Origin: Bacillota bacterium
GTDB taxonomy: Bacteria > Bacillota > Clostridia > Lachnospirales > Lachnospiraceae
Reading direction: 5' to 3'
Length of the DNA: 64,000 bases
Assembly: GCA_023437365.1 (NCBI GenBank)
Contig: JAEZGK010000003.1
Span: forward strand, 24,922-88,921
Below, in pieces: positions 42,101 to 51,708 of this stretch. The first letter of the stretch is position 1. Each line of letters starts with the position of its first letter. The position numbers and the translations under genes were made by a program. The notes below the pieces were generated by a model, which was not told the origin of the DNA, did not search any database, and worked only from the letters and a program-made list of their open reading frames with translations.

Positions 42101-42650
42101 GATTTACTCCAATACAGGCGGACAGTCCTCCAAGGCTACTCCTACCGGTGCAATTGCTCAGTTCGCTGCAGCTGGTAAGGAAGTTAAGAAGAAGGATTTG
42201 GCTGCTATCGCAATGAGCTACGGTTATGTATATGTTGCTCAGGTTGCTATGGGTGCTGATTACAACCAGACAATGAAGGCGTTTGTTGAAGCAGAAAGCT
42301 ACAACGGTCCTTCCATCATTATCTGCTATGCTCCTTGTATCAATCATGGTATCAAGGGTGGTATGGGTGTATCCCAGACTGAAGAGAAGAATGCGGTTGC
42401 TTCCGGTTACTGGAATATGTTCCGCTTCGATCCTCGTGCTGTAGAAGAGGGCAAGAACCCGTTCCAGTTAGACAGCAAGGCTCCTTCAGCAAGCTATCAG
42501 GATTTTATCAAGAATGAGGTACGTTACAGCTCCTTAATCCGTCAGAATCCTGAAAGAGCAGAGCAGCTGTTCGCTAACGCTGAGAAGAACGCTATGGCTA
42601 AGTATGAGCATTTAGTTAAGCTTTCCCAGCTTTATGGATCAAATGAATAA
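39111..42650 (+). CDS. nifJ: Pyruvate:ferredoxin (flavodoxin) oxidoreductase
   Basis: YPITPSS, MQSEAGAAG, two ferredoxin motifs, GGDGWAYDIG. Confidence 0.98.
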   Translation: MARKMKTMDGNNAAAHVSYAFTDVAAIYPITPSSVMAEVTDKWSAEGKKNIFGQEVKVVEMQSEAGAAGTVHGSLAAGALTTTFTASQGLLLMIPNMYKIAGELLPGVINVSARAVASHALSIFGDHSDIYACRQTGFALLASSNPQEVMDLGAVAHLAAIKGRVPFLHFFDGFRTSHEIQKIEAWDYEDLKDMVDMDAVEAFRHNALNPEHPVLRGSAQNPDVFFQAREACNTYYDALPAIVEEYMDKVNAKLGTDYKLFNYYGAADAEHIIIAMGSVNDTIEETIDFMNANGAKVGLVKVRLYRPFRADRLLEAIPVTVKKISVLDRTKEPGALGEPLYLDVVTALKDSKFANIPVFNGRYGLGSKNTTPAQIIAVYKNTEKKTFTIGIKDDVTNLSLDITENPNTTPEGTISCKFWGLGADGTVGANKNSIKIIGDHTNMYAQAYFDYDSKKSGGVTMSHLRFGKKPIKSTYLITEADFVACHNPSYVRKYNMVQEIKKGGTFLLNCGWDMEELEKHLPGQVKRYIAENNIKFYTIDGISIGKEIGLGGRINTVLQAAFFKLANIIPVEEAVKYMKDAATASYGKKGEAIVKMNHDAIDRGLTGLNEINVPESWKNAQDEEILIKVTDGRKEVVDFVNNILTPVNAQQGNDLPVSAFANSADGTLPQGSSAYEKRGIAVDVPEWNPDNCIQCNFCSYVCPHAVIRPVAMTAEEAAKAPAGTKKIAMTGVPGLEFAMTVSSLDCMGCGSCANVCPGKKGEKALVMKPLDTQFAEQKVFEYGLTLAEKPEVAEKFKDVTVKGSQFKQPLLEFSGACAGCGETPYAKLATQLFGDRMFISNATGCSSIWGGSYPSTPYTVNKEGHGPAWANSLFEDNAEYGYGMYLAQQALRDRVKEKVEALAASTSKEEVKAAAERYLTTYTNGRENAGATRALVRVLEACDCAEGKDILKDKEFLSKKSQWILGGDGWAYDIGFGGLDHVIASGQDVNILVFDTEIYSNTGGQSSKATPTGAIAQFAAAGKEVKKKDLAAIAMSYGYVYVAQVAMGADYNQTMKAFVEAESYNGPSIIICYAPCINHGIKGGMGVSQTEEKNAVASGYWNMFRFDPRAVEEGKNPFQLDSKAPSASYQDFIKNEVRYSSLIRQNPERAEQLFANAEKNAMAKYEHLVKLSQLYGSNE

Positions 42651-42742
42651 TCGGATTTTGCATACGAATTACAGATAATAATAGTAATAAGCCCGGCAAT
42701 AAGTAATTATTGACCGGGCTTATTATCATTCCAGGAGAAGAA

Positions 42743-42982
42743 TCATGGTTTCAGGCCTTGCGCTGTGAAGAGAGAAGCATCTGCAGAGGATGCAGGAAAC
42801 GATGACAGAGCAGGAGCTGCTTGTTCGGGTTGCATTTGATTTTCCTTTTCTGCAATCGTTGCCAGGGTAGCTGCTATTTGTGAAAGAGCAGAGATAAGCA
42901 AAGGAAGCTCTTCCTGCGGAACACATTTATAGATACCGCAGGATAAAGCCGTCACCAAAGTCACAAATTCACATGAATTCAT
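42743..42982 (-). CDS. Small hypothetical protein (DUF6774-like)
   Basis: MNSCEFVTLVTALSC...QIAATLATI; RBS GGGGTGA. Confidence 0.65.
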   Translation of the reverse strand: MNSCEFVTLVTALSCGIYKCVPQEELPLLISALSQIAATLATIAEKENQMQPEQAAPALSSFPASSADASLFTAQGLKP

Positions 42983-43192
42983 TCAATCACCCCAATAAAG
43001 TATATGACGGATGCTTCTTCATGTTTCTTATAAGGAACAGTAATCCACGCATGAAATAAGAAGGAGAGAGCAGCAAGAAGCCCGAATAGCAAACAGGGAT
43101 TTCCCATCATGCACTGGCTTCAGTGTGTGAGGGAAGTCCCTGTTTGATTTCCGGGCTTACGAGAACTCTTTTCAGCAGTCCCATAAAAATAG

Positions 43193-43265
43193 TGCACCTG
43201 ACTGGATTTGAACCGGCGGCCTTTCGCTCCGGAGGCGAACGCTCTATCCACTGAGCTACAGGTGC
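43193..43265 (-). tRNA. tRNA-Arg(CCG)
   Basis: GCACCTGTAGCTCAG...TTCGC-CTCCGGA-GCGAA...GGTTCAAATCC. Confidence 0.97.
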
Positions 43266-43356
43266 AAAACGAAGTGTCGATCAGACACTGCGTTTATCTG
43301 ATTTCAGACTATGTTATTATATACTATTAATTTTGCAAAGTAAAGAAGCTTTTCGG

Positions 43357-44217
43357 CTATTCACTCACCTTTTTCAGCAGATATCTTTTCTTGTATTTCA
43401 ACCCGGCATAGGTGGAGACCCGGCTAACTATACTGTAATTTACGATACCTCCGACAGCACCGGCTACAGGGATACCCTGAAGGAATTTCGCTGTCAGTAA
43501 AGCTTCTGACAGCATACGGGAGGTTGCTTTTGTCTGCTGCTCTAAGTCTATGATGACCTCGAGCCCGCTATCTATCTGATCAGCGAGAAGCTCTAACTCC
43601 TTATCCAGCTGTATTTGGGAATCACCCTTGCTGATGGCAGCACTGATTAGCAGCATAATAAAGCTCTTCTCCTCGGGCGTATCATAGCTAAATCCATAAC
43701 TGAGAGCAGTCTCATAGACGGTCTTCATCAGGATACTCAGAAATAAGGGGATATCGGGAAGGCCAATTCCAAAAAGCCCGAGGATACCGCCTTCCAGAAC
43801 AGAAAAGGAGGAATTCACCAGCTTGGCCTGCTTGGAATGTCGGTCTAGCCTGTTGATATGTTTTTTGTTAATACGTTTTCCCAGAGCGTAATTATTGATA
43901 TCGAACTCCAGCTCAAGCTTATCTTTATCATAAGTTTTTTCGATATAAGGAATTCCTTTTTCGAAGACCAGCTGGAAACCCTTATAAAAAGCGTTATTCA
44001 GGGTGTCTCGCAGCTTTTCCGGTATTTTGTCCTGAAGCTTATTCATCACAGGAAACAAAGTATTCTGCAGTATAGTATTCCCGGATTGACTTAAGAACCG
44101 AAATTCTTGATCTTCAATTCGTTTAATCTGTTGTTTTAGGGTCTGTTCCATGGATATCACCTTTCCTGAAGCCGTGCTGATGCAGGTAGTAGTTTTGATA
44201 AGCTTTTTTGTTTCCAT
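43357..44217 (-). CDS. EcsC family protein
   Basis: EGGILGLFGIGLPDIPLF, YETALSYGF, KFLQGIPVAG; start uncertain. Confidence 0.8.
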   Translation of the reverse strand: METKKLIKTTTCISTASGKVISMEQTLKQQIKRIEDQEFRFLSQSGNTILQNTLFPVMNKLQDKIPEKLRDTLNNAFYKGFQLVFEKGIPYIEKTYDKDKLELEFDINNYALGKRINKKHINRLDRHSKQAKLVNSSFSVLEGGILGLFGIGLPDIPLFLSILMKTVYETALSYGFSYDTPEEKSFIMLLISAAISKGDSQIQLDKELELLADQIDSGLEVIIDLEQQTKATSRMLSEALLTAKFLQGIPVAGAVGGIVNYSIVSRVSTYAGLKYKKRYLLKKVSE

Positions 44218-44569
44218 CCCGCTTTATTACCGGCTTCACATTGCAGATCAAGTATGCTTGGCGTACGATTGCCGAAGAAAACTTTTACATTATAAGTTAC
44301 GTATATTTTAATTATATATTCTTAGCATATAAATGTAAAATACATTATCTGAAAAAATACTGCTCAGTTGAAAGGAGATTTTCAGTATGCATCATTAGAA
44401 TAGATGGGATAATATTAAGAGTATAAGAGGAAAGATGGATTAAATGTTACAAAATTGTTAAATAATGTTACATAAAAATGAAATTACTGGGTTGATTTTT
44501 ATTGAGCTTTTTGGTAGAATAGGAAAAGCAGATATTGTTGTGTTTTCATTGATATAAATGAGGAGATAT

Positions 44570-45391
44570 ATGAAACTTAAATATAAAAAGATAATTTTAC
44601 TTACGACAATGAGTACTATGGGTATTGGTATATTAACCTTGTCTGTCAGCCAGGATAGACCCAAAGCTCAAGATAATAGTATAGAAACGATTTTAAATAC
44701 GGAGATTACAGAGGACCAAGTCGCTGCAGAGGATAGTACCTTAATGGTTGCAGCTGACAGTACCGCTGCGAAGCTCGCTGAAGCAGCGACTCCTACGCCA
44801 ATTCCTTCCCCAACACCAATTCCTGACTATCCGGTCGAGAAGAAGGGAACCTATCCTGAGATTGATAAGCTGTTTGAAACTTATTATACAGCTAAGAATA
44901 ATCGTGACATTGATACCCTGAGAAGCATTATCAGTGATCCTGCCAAGGTCGAGTCTGAGGAAGAATTGCAGGCAAGAACCGAGTATATCGAAGATTATAA
45001 GAAAATTGAGACATATACGAAAAAGGGACTGAAGGAAGGTACCTATGTCGTATATGTGTATCATGAAATTAAGTTTACCAGTATCAATACAGCTGCACCG
45101 GCCCTATCCAAATTCTATGTCGTTACCGGTGAGGATCGTAAGCTGAGAATCTACTCCGGAGAGATGGATGCGGACACAAAAGCATATTATGATGCCTGCA
45201 ACGAGGATAAAGATTTTGTGGCACTGACAGAAATGACCGATGAAAAGAGTGCTACGGCTAAGAAGAAGGATGAGGATCTGGCAAGCTTCTGGAAAAGCAT
45301 CGAGCAAATGGCTAAGGCATCTGCCAAAGAGCAGGAGAAGAAGGATGAGGAGACGAGATCTACTTCTGAGGGTGAGATTAAGTCCCAGTGA
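44570..45391 (+). CDS. Membrane-anchored hypothetical protein
   Basis: N-terminal hydrophobic segment, PT linker, globular C-terminal domain; RBS AGGAG. Confidence 0.75.
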   Translation: MKLKYKKIILLTTMSTMGIGILTLSVSQDRPKAQDNSIETILNTEITEDQVAAEDSTLMVAADSTAAKLAEAATPTPIPSPTPIPDYPVEKKGTYPEIDKLFETYYTAKNNRDIDTLRSIISDPAKVESEEELQARTEYIEDYKKIETYTKKGLKEGTYVVYVYHEIKFTSINTAAPALSKFYVVTGEDRKLRIYSGEMDADTKAYYDACNEDKDFVALTEMTDEKSATAKKKDEDLASFWKSIEQMAKASAKEQEKKDEETRSTSEGEIKSQ

Positions 45392-45502
45392 CAAGCAGCT
45401 TATAATATAGGATAATAAATCTAATCACTTATTCATATACTTAATAATTCTATTTAAAACTCCTTATACTATGATTATAAAATTAGGATAAGGAGTGTTT
45501 TT

Positions 45503-45937
45503 ATGATAACAAATGTTGATCTGGATTTGTTGGAGAAGACCTATCAGAATGCAAGAATGGGTATCACAGCAATCGAGGCAGTCCTTGATAAGGCATCAGA
45601 CAGACAATTCTACAGTGATTTAAACAAACAGCTGCAGGATTATAAGATGATAGCCGGTACGTCGAAACAACAACTGAAAAAAAACGGTGTACACCCTAAG
45701 GATAATTCTTTATATAAAAATATTATGCTGAAAAGTAATATAAAGATGAATACGATGATCAATTCCGATGACAGCCATATCGCTCAGATGGTGATTCAGG
45801 GCAGTACGATGGGAGTAACACAGATGACCAGGCTGCTGCATGCAAATGCGGATGCCGATGGAATCAGTGCACAGATAGCCAAGGATTTCGTCAAGAAAGA
45901 GGAAGACAATATTAATGTAATGAAAAATTATCTGTAA
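45503..45937 (+). CDS. Conserved hypothetical helical protein
   Basis: YQNARMG...SHIAQMVIQGSTMG; RBS AAGGAG. Confidence 0.75.
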   Translation: MITNVDLDLLEKTYQNARMGITAIEAVLDKASDRQFYSDLNKQLQDYKMIAGTSKQQLKKNGVHPKDNSLYKNIMLKSNIKMNTMINSDDSHIAQMVIQGSTMGVTQMTRLLHANADADGISAQIAKDFVKKEEDNINVMKNYL

Positions 45938-46219
45938 GGGACTGAGACAGAACAGTAATCGATAATAAGGGGCTGTAGCAAAACTCCTTGAATAGTAACG
46001 AGGTTGGATACAGGCATCCATACTCTGGCTATCAAAGTGTTTTGCATCAGCTCCTTTCTATTCCTTAGCCTTCTTTTGCCTCCGCCCCTTTGCATACAAA
46101 ACCGGTCGCTACCGTCGAGGAAAAGGGTGGACGAACTATTTCAAATCAAGTATAATTAGCTAAATACATTCGGCTGATATTCAAAATAGCCGGAGGCAGG
46201 AGGAAAGGCAAGGTAGCTT

Positions 46220-46966
46220 ATGGCAAAGAGGACGAAAAGGTTGACTTCTCAGACAGAGAATCAGGAGGAAATCCGTATTAATAAATTCTTAAGTGAAGCA
46301 GGTATTTGCTCTCGCCGCGAGGCAGATCGTTATATAGAAGAGGGCAAGGTCAAGATAGATGGTCAGATAGCTCAGATGGGTTCCAAGGTAACGAAGCACA
46401 GTCAGGTAACCTTTTGTGGTAAACCGGTAAAAAAAGAAGAGAAGCTGGTCTTAATAGCGTTCAATAAGCCTGAGGGGATCGTCTGCACCACAGATCATAA
46501 AGAACCGGATAATATTGTGGATTATATCGGTTACGGTATGCGAATTTACCCCATCGGCCGCCTGGACAAGGATTCGGAGGGTTTGATTCTGCTAACGAAT
46601 GACGGAAATATCGTTAATAAGATCCTTCGGGCTGAGAATAAGCATGAGAAGGAATATGTCGTTACCGTCAATAAGGAAATCACGGCAGACTTCCTTAAGA
46701 AGATGTCCTCTGGGGTCCCGATTCTGGATACGGTAACTAAACCCTGTAAAATTGAACAGATAGATAAGAATACCTTCAGCATCATTCTCACCCAGGGGCT
46801 GAATCGACAGATCAGGCGAATGTGTGAACATTTTGAATACCGGGTTGTCAACCTGAGACGTATTCGGATTATGAATATCAGATTGGGCAGATTAAAGGTT
46901 GGAGATTATCGCAACGTAACGGAGAAGGAGATTGAGGAGTTGACGAAGGCCTTTTCCAATAAATAA
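46220..46966 (+). CDS. rRNA pseudouridine synthase (RsuA/RluF family)
   Basis: S4 domain RINKFLSEAGICSRR, GRLDKDSEG, QGLNRQIRRM. Confidence 0.93.
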   Translation: MAKRTKRLTSQTENQEEIRINKFLSEAGICSRREADRYIEEGKVKIDGQIAQMGSKVTKHSQVTFCGKPVKKEEKLVLIAFNKPEGIVCTTDHKEPDNIVDYIGYGMRIYPIGRLDKDSEGLILLTNDGNIVNKILRAENKHEKEYVVTVNKEITADFLKKMSSGVPILDTVTKPCKIEQIDKNTFSIILTQGLNRQIRRMCEHFEYRVVNLRRIRIMNIRLGRLKVGDYRNVTEKEIEELTKAFSNK

Positions 46967-47065
46967 AGAATATCCTGATTTTATATAAAGAGGCACCAAA
47001 TGGAGATTACCTGTGCTATGATTTAAGAAATGGAGTAAATTCATGTAAGGAAGGGAAAGAGTATC

Positions 47066-49060
47066 ATGGAAATCAGAGAAGAGATAGAACAGCTCAGAGC
47101 TTTGCTTAGTTATCATAGTGACCGCTATTACAATCAGGATGATCCGGAGATATCCGATTATGATTATGATCAGCTGTCATTGAAGCTTCGTAAGCTGGAA
47201 CAGGAGAATCCACAGTATGCAGATGACCAGTCACCAACCAAGAAGATCGGAGGAACTGCCAAGAGAGAGGCAGGAGTATTGGTAAAGCATAATGTCCCCA
47301 TGTTGAGCCTTCAGGACGTGTTTTCTAAGGAAGAGGTGTACAGCTTTGTTGAAAAAGTACTGAAGGAACGACCGGATACTGTTTTCGTGGTAGAGAAAAA
47401 GATAGATGGATTGTCGGTTTCCTTGCGTTATACAGAGGGGAAGCTGACTATGGGAGTCACCAGAGGAGACGGTATTCTTCAGGGAGAGGATGTTACCGAT
47501 AATGTCAAGGTAATTAAGGATGTCAAGACTAAGCTCGTTGATGCGCTACCCTATATCGAAATCCGAGGTGAGGTCTATATGAAAAACGAAGATTTCGAAG
47601 CTGTCAATGAACGGTTAGAAGCAGCAGGGAAGAAGCTTTTTGCCAATCCCAGAAACTGCTCGGCAGGGACGCTGCGTCAGCTTGATCCGGAGATAGTCAG
47701 GGAACGGAAGCTTTCCCTTTTTATATTCAATGTACAGGATACGAACGGTATTACCTTTACATCCCACTCAGAGAGCCTGGAGTGGCTGCAGAAGCAGGGA
47801 ATTAAGGTGATTGAGGGTTATAGAAAATGCAGGACTGCAGATGAGGTATGGGAAGCCATCACCCAGATCGGAGAGGAACGCGGTAATCTTCCGTACGATA
47901 TCGACGGTGCGGTAGTCAAAGTGGATAGTTTAAGAGACAGGGAACATTTCGGAGCCACCTCGAAGGTACCTCGCTGGGCAATCGCATATAAGTATCCACC
48001 GGAGGAGAAGGAAACGGTGGTAAAGGAGATTCGGCTGACTGTCGGCAGGACGGGCAGAATTACTCCGACTGCAATTTTTGAGCCAATCAGACTCTGTGGT
48101 ACGAATGTAGAGCGTGCGACACTGCATAATCAGGATCGTATCGATGAACTGGACGTACGAATAGGGGATACCATAGTTGTACGAAAGGCCGGGGAGATCA
48201 TCCCTGAGGTATTGTCCGTAAATAAAGCAAAACGTCCGGAAGATACCGTACCCTTCAGGATATCTTCTACCTGTCCCAGCTGCGGTGCACCTACAGTACG
48301 GGATGCCAACACGGCAGACACAAGATGTACCAATCTTAACTGTCCTGCACAGCTTTCTCAGCATATCATGAATTTTGTCGGGCGAAATGCAATGGATATT
48401 AAGGGCTTTGGTGAAGCCTATGTAGAGATACTCATACAGCAGGGTTATTTAAAGGATATTGCTGATATCTATGATCTGAAGAATTATCGTGAGGAGCTGA
48501 TTGAAAAAGGACTGATTGGTAAAGAAAAGAACACCGATAAGCTTCTTAAGGCAATCGAAGATAGTAAGAAGAACGATATTGACCGTTTGATTACCGGACT
48601 GGGGATTAAGAATATCGGCCGTCAGGCAGGAACACAGCTAAAGAAGCATTTTCGGTCCCTGTACGAATTGAAGACTGCTTCTTATGAGGAATTGGTTGCA
48701 GTAAATGATGTCGGTGATATTACAGCAAGGTCAATTGTTGAATTCTTTGCAAATGAGGATAATATGAAAATACTTGACCGTCTTGAGATGGTCGGAATGA
48801 ACTTTTATTCCCAGGCCGAAGAAACTTCAGGGGACCGTTTTCTCAATCTGACCTTTGTTATTACAGGTACGCTTCCCAATATGGGTAGGACTGAGATGGA
48901 GGAATTGGTTACGAAGCATGGAGGGAAGGTATCCGGAAGCGTATCCAAAAAGACGAGCTACGTGATTGCAGGAGAGAATGCCGGAAGCAAATTAACGAAA
49001 GCGCAAGAGCTTGGCATACCTGTTCTTTCGGAGGCTGAATTGTTGGAAATGCTTCAATAG
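47066..49060 (+). CDS. ligA: NAD-dependent DNA ligase
   Basis: KIDG, Zn finger, BRCT (VSKKT). Confidence 0.98.
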   Translation: MEIREEIEQLRALLSYHSDRYYNQDDPEISDYDYDQLSLKLRKLEQENPQYADDQSPTKKIGGTAKREAGVLVKHNVPMLSLQDVFSKEEVYSFVEKVLKERPDTVFVVEKKIDGLSVSLRYTEGKLTMGVTRGDGILQGEDVTDNVKVIKDVKTKLVDALPYIEIRGEVYMKNEDFEAVNERLEAAGKKLFANPRNCSAGTLRQLDPEIVRERKLSLFIFNVQDTNGITFTSHSESLEWLQKQGIKVIEGYRKCRTADEVWEAITQIGEERGNLPYDIDGAVVKVDSLRDREHFGATSKVPRWAIAYKYPPEEKETVVKEIRLTVGRTGRITPTAIFEPIRLCGTNVERATLHNQDRIDELDVRIGDTIVVRKAGEIIPEVLSVNKAKRPEDTVPFRISSTCPSCGAPTVRDANTADTRCTNLNCPAQLSQHIMNFVGRNAMDIKGFGEAYVEILIQQGYLKDIADIYDLKNYREELIEKGLIGKEKNTDKLLKAIEDSKKNDIDRLITGLGIKNIGRQAGTQLKKHFRSLYELKTASYEELVAVNDVGDITARSIVEFFANEDNMKILDRLEMVGMNFYSQAEETSGDRFLNLTFVITGTLPNMGRTEMEELVTKHGGKVSGSVSKKTSYVIAGENAGSKLTKAQELGIPVLSEAELLEMLQ

Positions 49061-49168
49061 ATTAAAAAGGGATATTATGGATAAACTTGTGATTGTTTGT
49101 TGATTTATTTAGAAAATCATGTTATGATATTTTTTACTATGACAAAAATGCGAAGATGGTGATGAAGG

Positions 49169-50074
49169 ATGCCGATTAGAGTTCAAAGTGATTTTCCGGC
49201 GAAGAAGGTTCTGGAAGATGAAAATATATTTGTGATGGATGAGACCAGAGCAATGCATCAGGACATCCGTCCGCTACAGATTGCAATATTGAATCTGATG
49301 CCAATCAAAGAGGATACTGAGGTACAGCTGCTTCGGAGCCTTTCTAATACTCCGCTTCAGGTAGATGTTACTTTCCTGACTACGGAGACCTATGTTGGGT
49401 CTCATACTCCCACAAGTCATTTGGATCAGTTTTATCTGACCTTTGAGGATGTGAAAGACCGCAAATTCGATGGTTTAATTATTACCGGGGCACCGGTGGA
49501 GCAGATGGAGTTCGAGAAGGTCACTTATTGGGATGAACTGGTGCGCATTATGAAGTGGTCTGCAACAAATGTCACTTCGACACTCCACATCTGCTGGGGA
49601 GCGCAGGCAGGTCTCTATTATCATTACGGAGTGAAGAAAAGCTCATTGGATCAGAAGATGTTTGGAATCTTTGAGCATAGGGTCATGGAACGAAAAGTAC
49701 CGTTTGTCCGAGGCTTTGACGATGTTTTCTATGCACCTCATTCCAGATATACGACCGTTACAAGGGAAGAGATCCAAAAATGCAAGGAATTAACTGTACT
49801 TGCGGAGTCGGAGGAGGCCGGTGTATTTATCGTCATTGCAGAGGACGGTAAACAGATATTTGTCATGGGACATCCCGAGTATGACAGAATATCTCTGGAT
49901 AAAGAATATAAAAGAGATGTAGCAAAGGGTTTGGATATCGCACTGCCGAAGAACTATTATCCGGAGGATCAGCCTGAATCAAGGCCGAATCTTGTCTGGA
50001 GAGCACATGCGAATGCTATGTACACAAACTGGCTGAATTATTATGTATACCAAGTTACACCATATGAGTTATGA
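49169..50074 (+). CDS. metA: Homoserine O-acetyl/succinyltransferase
   Basis: ILNLMP, ITGAPVE, ICWGAQA, GHPEYD. Confidence 0.97.
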   Translation: MPIRVQSDFPAKKVLEDENIFVMDETRAMHQDIRPLQIAILNLMPIKEDTEVQLLRSLSNTPLQVDVTFLTTETYVGSHTPTSHLDQFYLTFEDVKDRKFDGLIITGAPVEQMEFEKVTYWDELVRIMKWSATNVTSTLHICWGAQAGLYYHYGVKKSSLDQKMFGIFEHRVMERKVPFVRGFDDVFYAPHSRYTTVTREEIQKCKELTVLAESEEAGVFIVIAEDGKQIFVMGHPEYDRISLDKEYKRDVAKGLDIALPKNYYPEDQPESRPNLVWRAHANAMYTNWLNYYVYQVTPYEL

Positions 50075-50304
50075 GTTGAGCTTGGCAGGATTTTGGTAGT
50101 TAGTAATATCACTCCGTAGGTTGAATAGGGGGAGCCTGGAATTGGAATGAATGGCTGCACTACAGGAGCGATTGGAAAAGTAGGCTCTTACATAAGCTGC
50201 GAAGCGATAGGGAAAGTGTAAGACCTAATACTATGATCATGTTCAGTAGGCATGGATGTGATTTGAACATTTGAATTCAGTTTTTAGTTGGGGGACTAGG
50301 TTGT

Positions 50305-51708
50305 ATGAAACTGATCAATGCGTTACAAAGCAAGCCTACACTTTTATTGATGTTGATGATAGCAATCGTGAGCTTACTTATCATTGGCGTTGTTGTAGTT
50401 TTGCTTTGCCGTTTGGCTAACGAAAAAAAAGTTACCGAAGCGGCTCTGGAATTAAAAAGAATTACAAACAGTATCCGGGCCGGACTGGTTCATTTTAACC
50501 TTGAGGATTGCAGGATTCTTTATGCTAGTCAGGGCTTTTATGAAATGCTGGGGTATGATAAGAGTTCCGCCAGATCAGAGAGTAAATTTAATTTACTCGA
50601 TTTTATTGATTCAAGGGATACTCATTTTTTGGATTCAGTAAGAGTACAGCTGGAGAATGATGTAATCAGATGTGAGACCAGAATGATATCCAAGGAAGGC
50701 AATGTTCTGCATACCTTGATGACGGGGAATAAAGCACTGGCTAAGGATGGGAGCCATACCTTATCCGTGGTGTTTGTGGATATATCAGAGCAGAAGAAGA
50801 TGCAGGAGTTGATTCTTTTGGAAGGGGAACGGTATCGGATCGCCACGGAGATTTCCCAAGATGTATTATTTGAATATCATATTCAAAAGGATGAAATGAT
50901 CTTCACGGACAAGTTCAAGGAGCTGTTCGGATACAATCCGCTCATCGATGATTTCTATTCTAAGTCTGAATTGCGTAGGAATACCATCCACCCGGATGAT
51001 TGGGGAATCTATTTGGAATTATGCGAAGAGCTTAGACGAGGGGAAGGCATAATCGAGGCCGAATTCCGTATCAAGGGTAATATGAATGCATACATCTGGT
51101 GTCAGCTGTTGGGAAAGACAATATATGATGATGATAAAAATCCCATTCGGATTATCGGTAAGCTGGTTAATATCGACACTCAGAAGAGAGAGCTGGAAGC
51201 TTTGGAATACAAGGCAACCAGAGATCCGCTGACCGGAGTATATAATAAGGAAATTACGATTAAAAAGATAGATAAGTTCATATCCGGTAATAAAAACGGA
51301 CTGCATGTTCTTATGTTCGTTGATTTTGATGATTTTAAGAAAATCAACGATACCTACGGACATCTGCTGGGAGATAAGGTATTGGTTCATGTGATCGGCT
51401 GTATCAAGGAACGATTTCATGATGGAGAGATCATTGGACGTATCGGCGGCGATGAGTTTGTAGTATTCATGGGCAATATTATAGACATCAACGAGGTATT
51501 GATTAAGGCTAAACAGTTAAAGGAAGCTTTGGATACGGTTTTTGTTTACAATGAGCAGTCTGTAAAGATATCAGCAAGTATCGGTATCGCAATTTATCCT
51601 GAGGCAGGACATCATTACGAACAATTGATCTTCCATGCGGACCAGGCTTTATATGAGGTCAAGGAACAGGGCAAGAACGATTTTATGGTATATAAGCCGG
51701 CTATCTAA
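50305..51708 (+). CDS. TM-PAS-PAS-GGDEF diguanylate cyclase
   Basis: IHPDD PAS motif, RDPLTG, RIGGDEF. Confidence 0.93.
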   Translation: MKLINALQSKPTLLLMLMIAIVSLLIIGVVVVLLCRLANEKKVTEAALELKRITNSIRAGLVHFNLEDCRILYASQGFYEMLGYDKSSARSESKFNLLDFIDSRDTHFLDSVRVQLENDVIRCETRMISKEGNVLHTLMTGNKALAKDGSHTLSVVFVDISEQKKMQELILLEGERYRIATEISQDVLFEYHIQKDEMIFTDKFKELFGYNPLIDDFYSKSELRRNTIHPDDWGIYLELCEELRRGEGIIEAEFRIKGNMNAYIWCQLLGKTIYDDDKNPIRIIGKLVNIDTQKRELEALEYKATRDPLTGVYNKEITIKKIDKFISGNKNGLHVLMFVDFDDFKKINDTYGHLLGDKVLVHVIGCIKERFHDGEIIGRIGGDEFVVFMGNIIDINEVLIKAKQLKEALDTVFVYNEQSVKISASIGIAIYPEAGHHYEQLIFHADQALYEVKEQGKNDFMVYKPAI

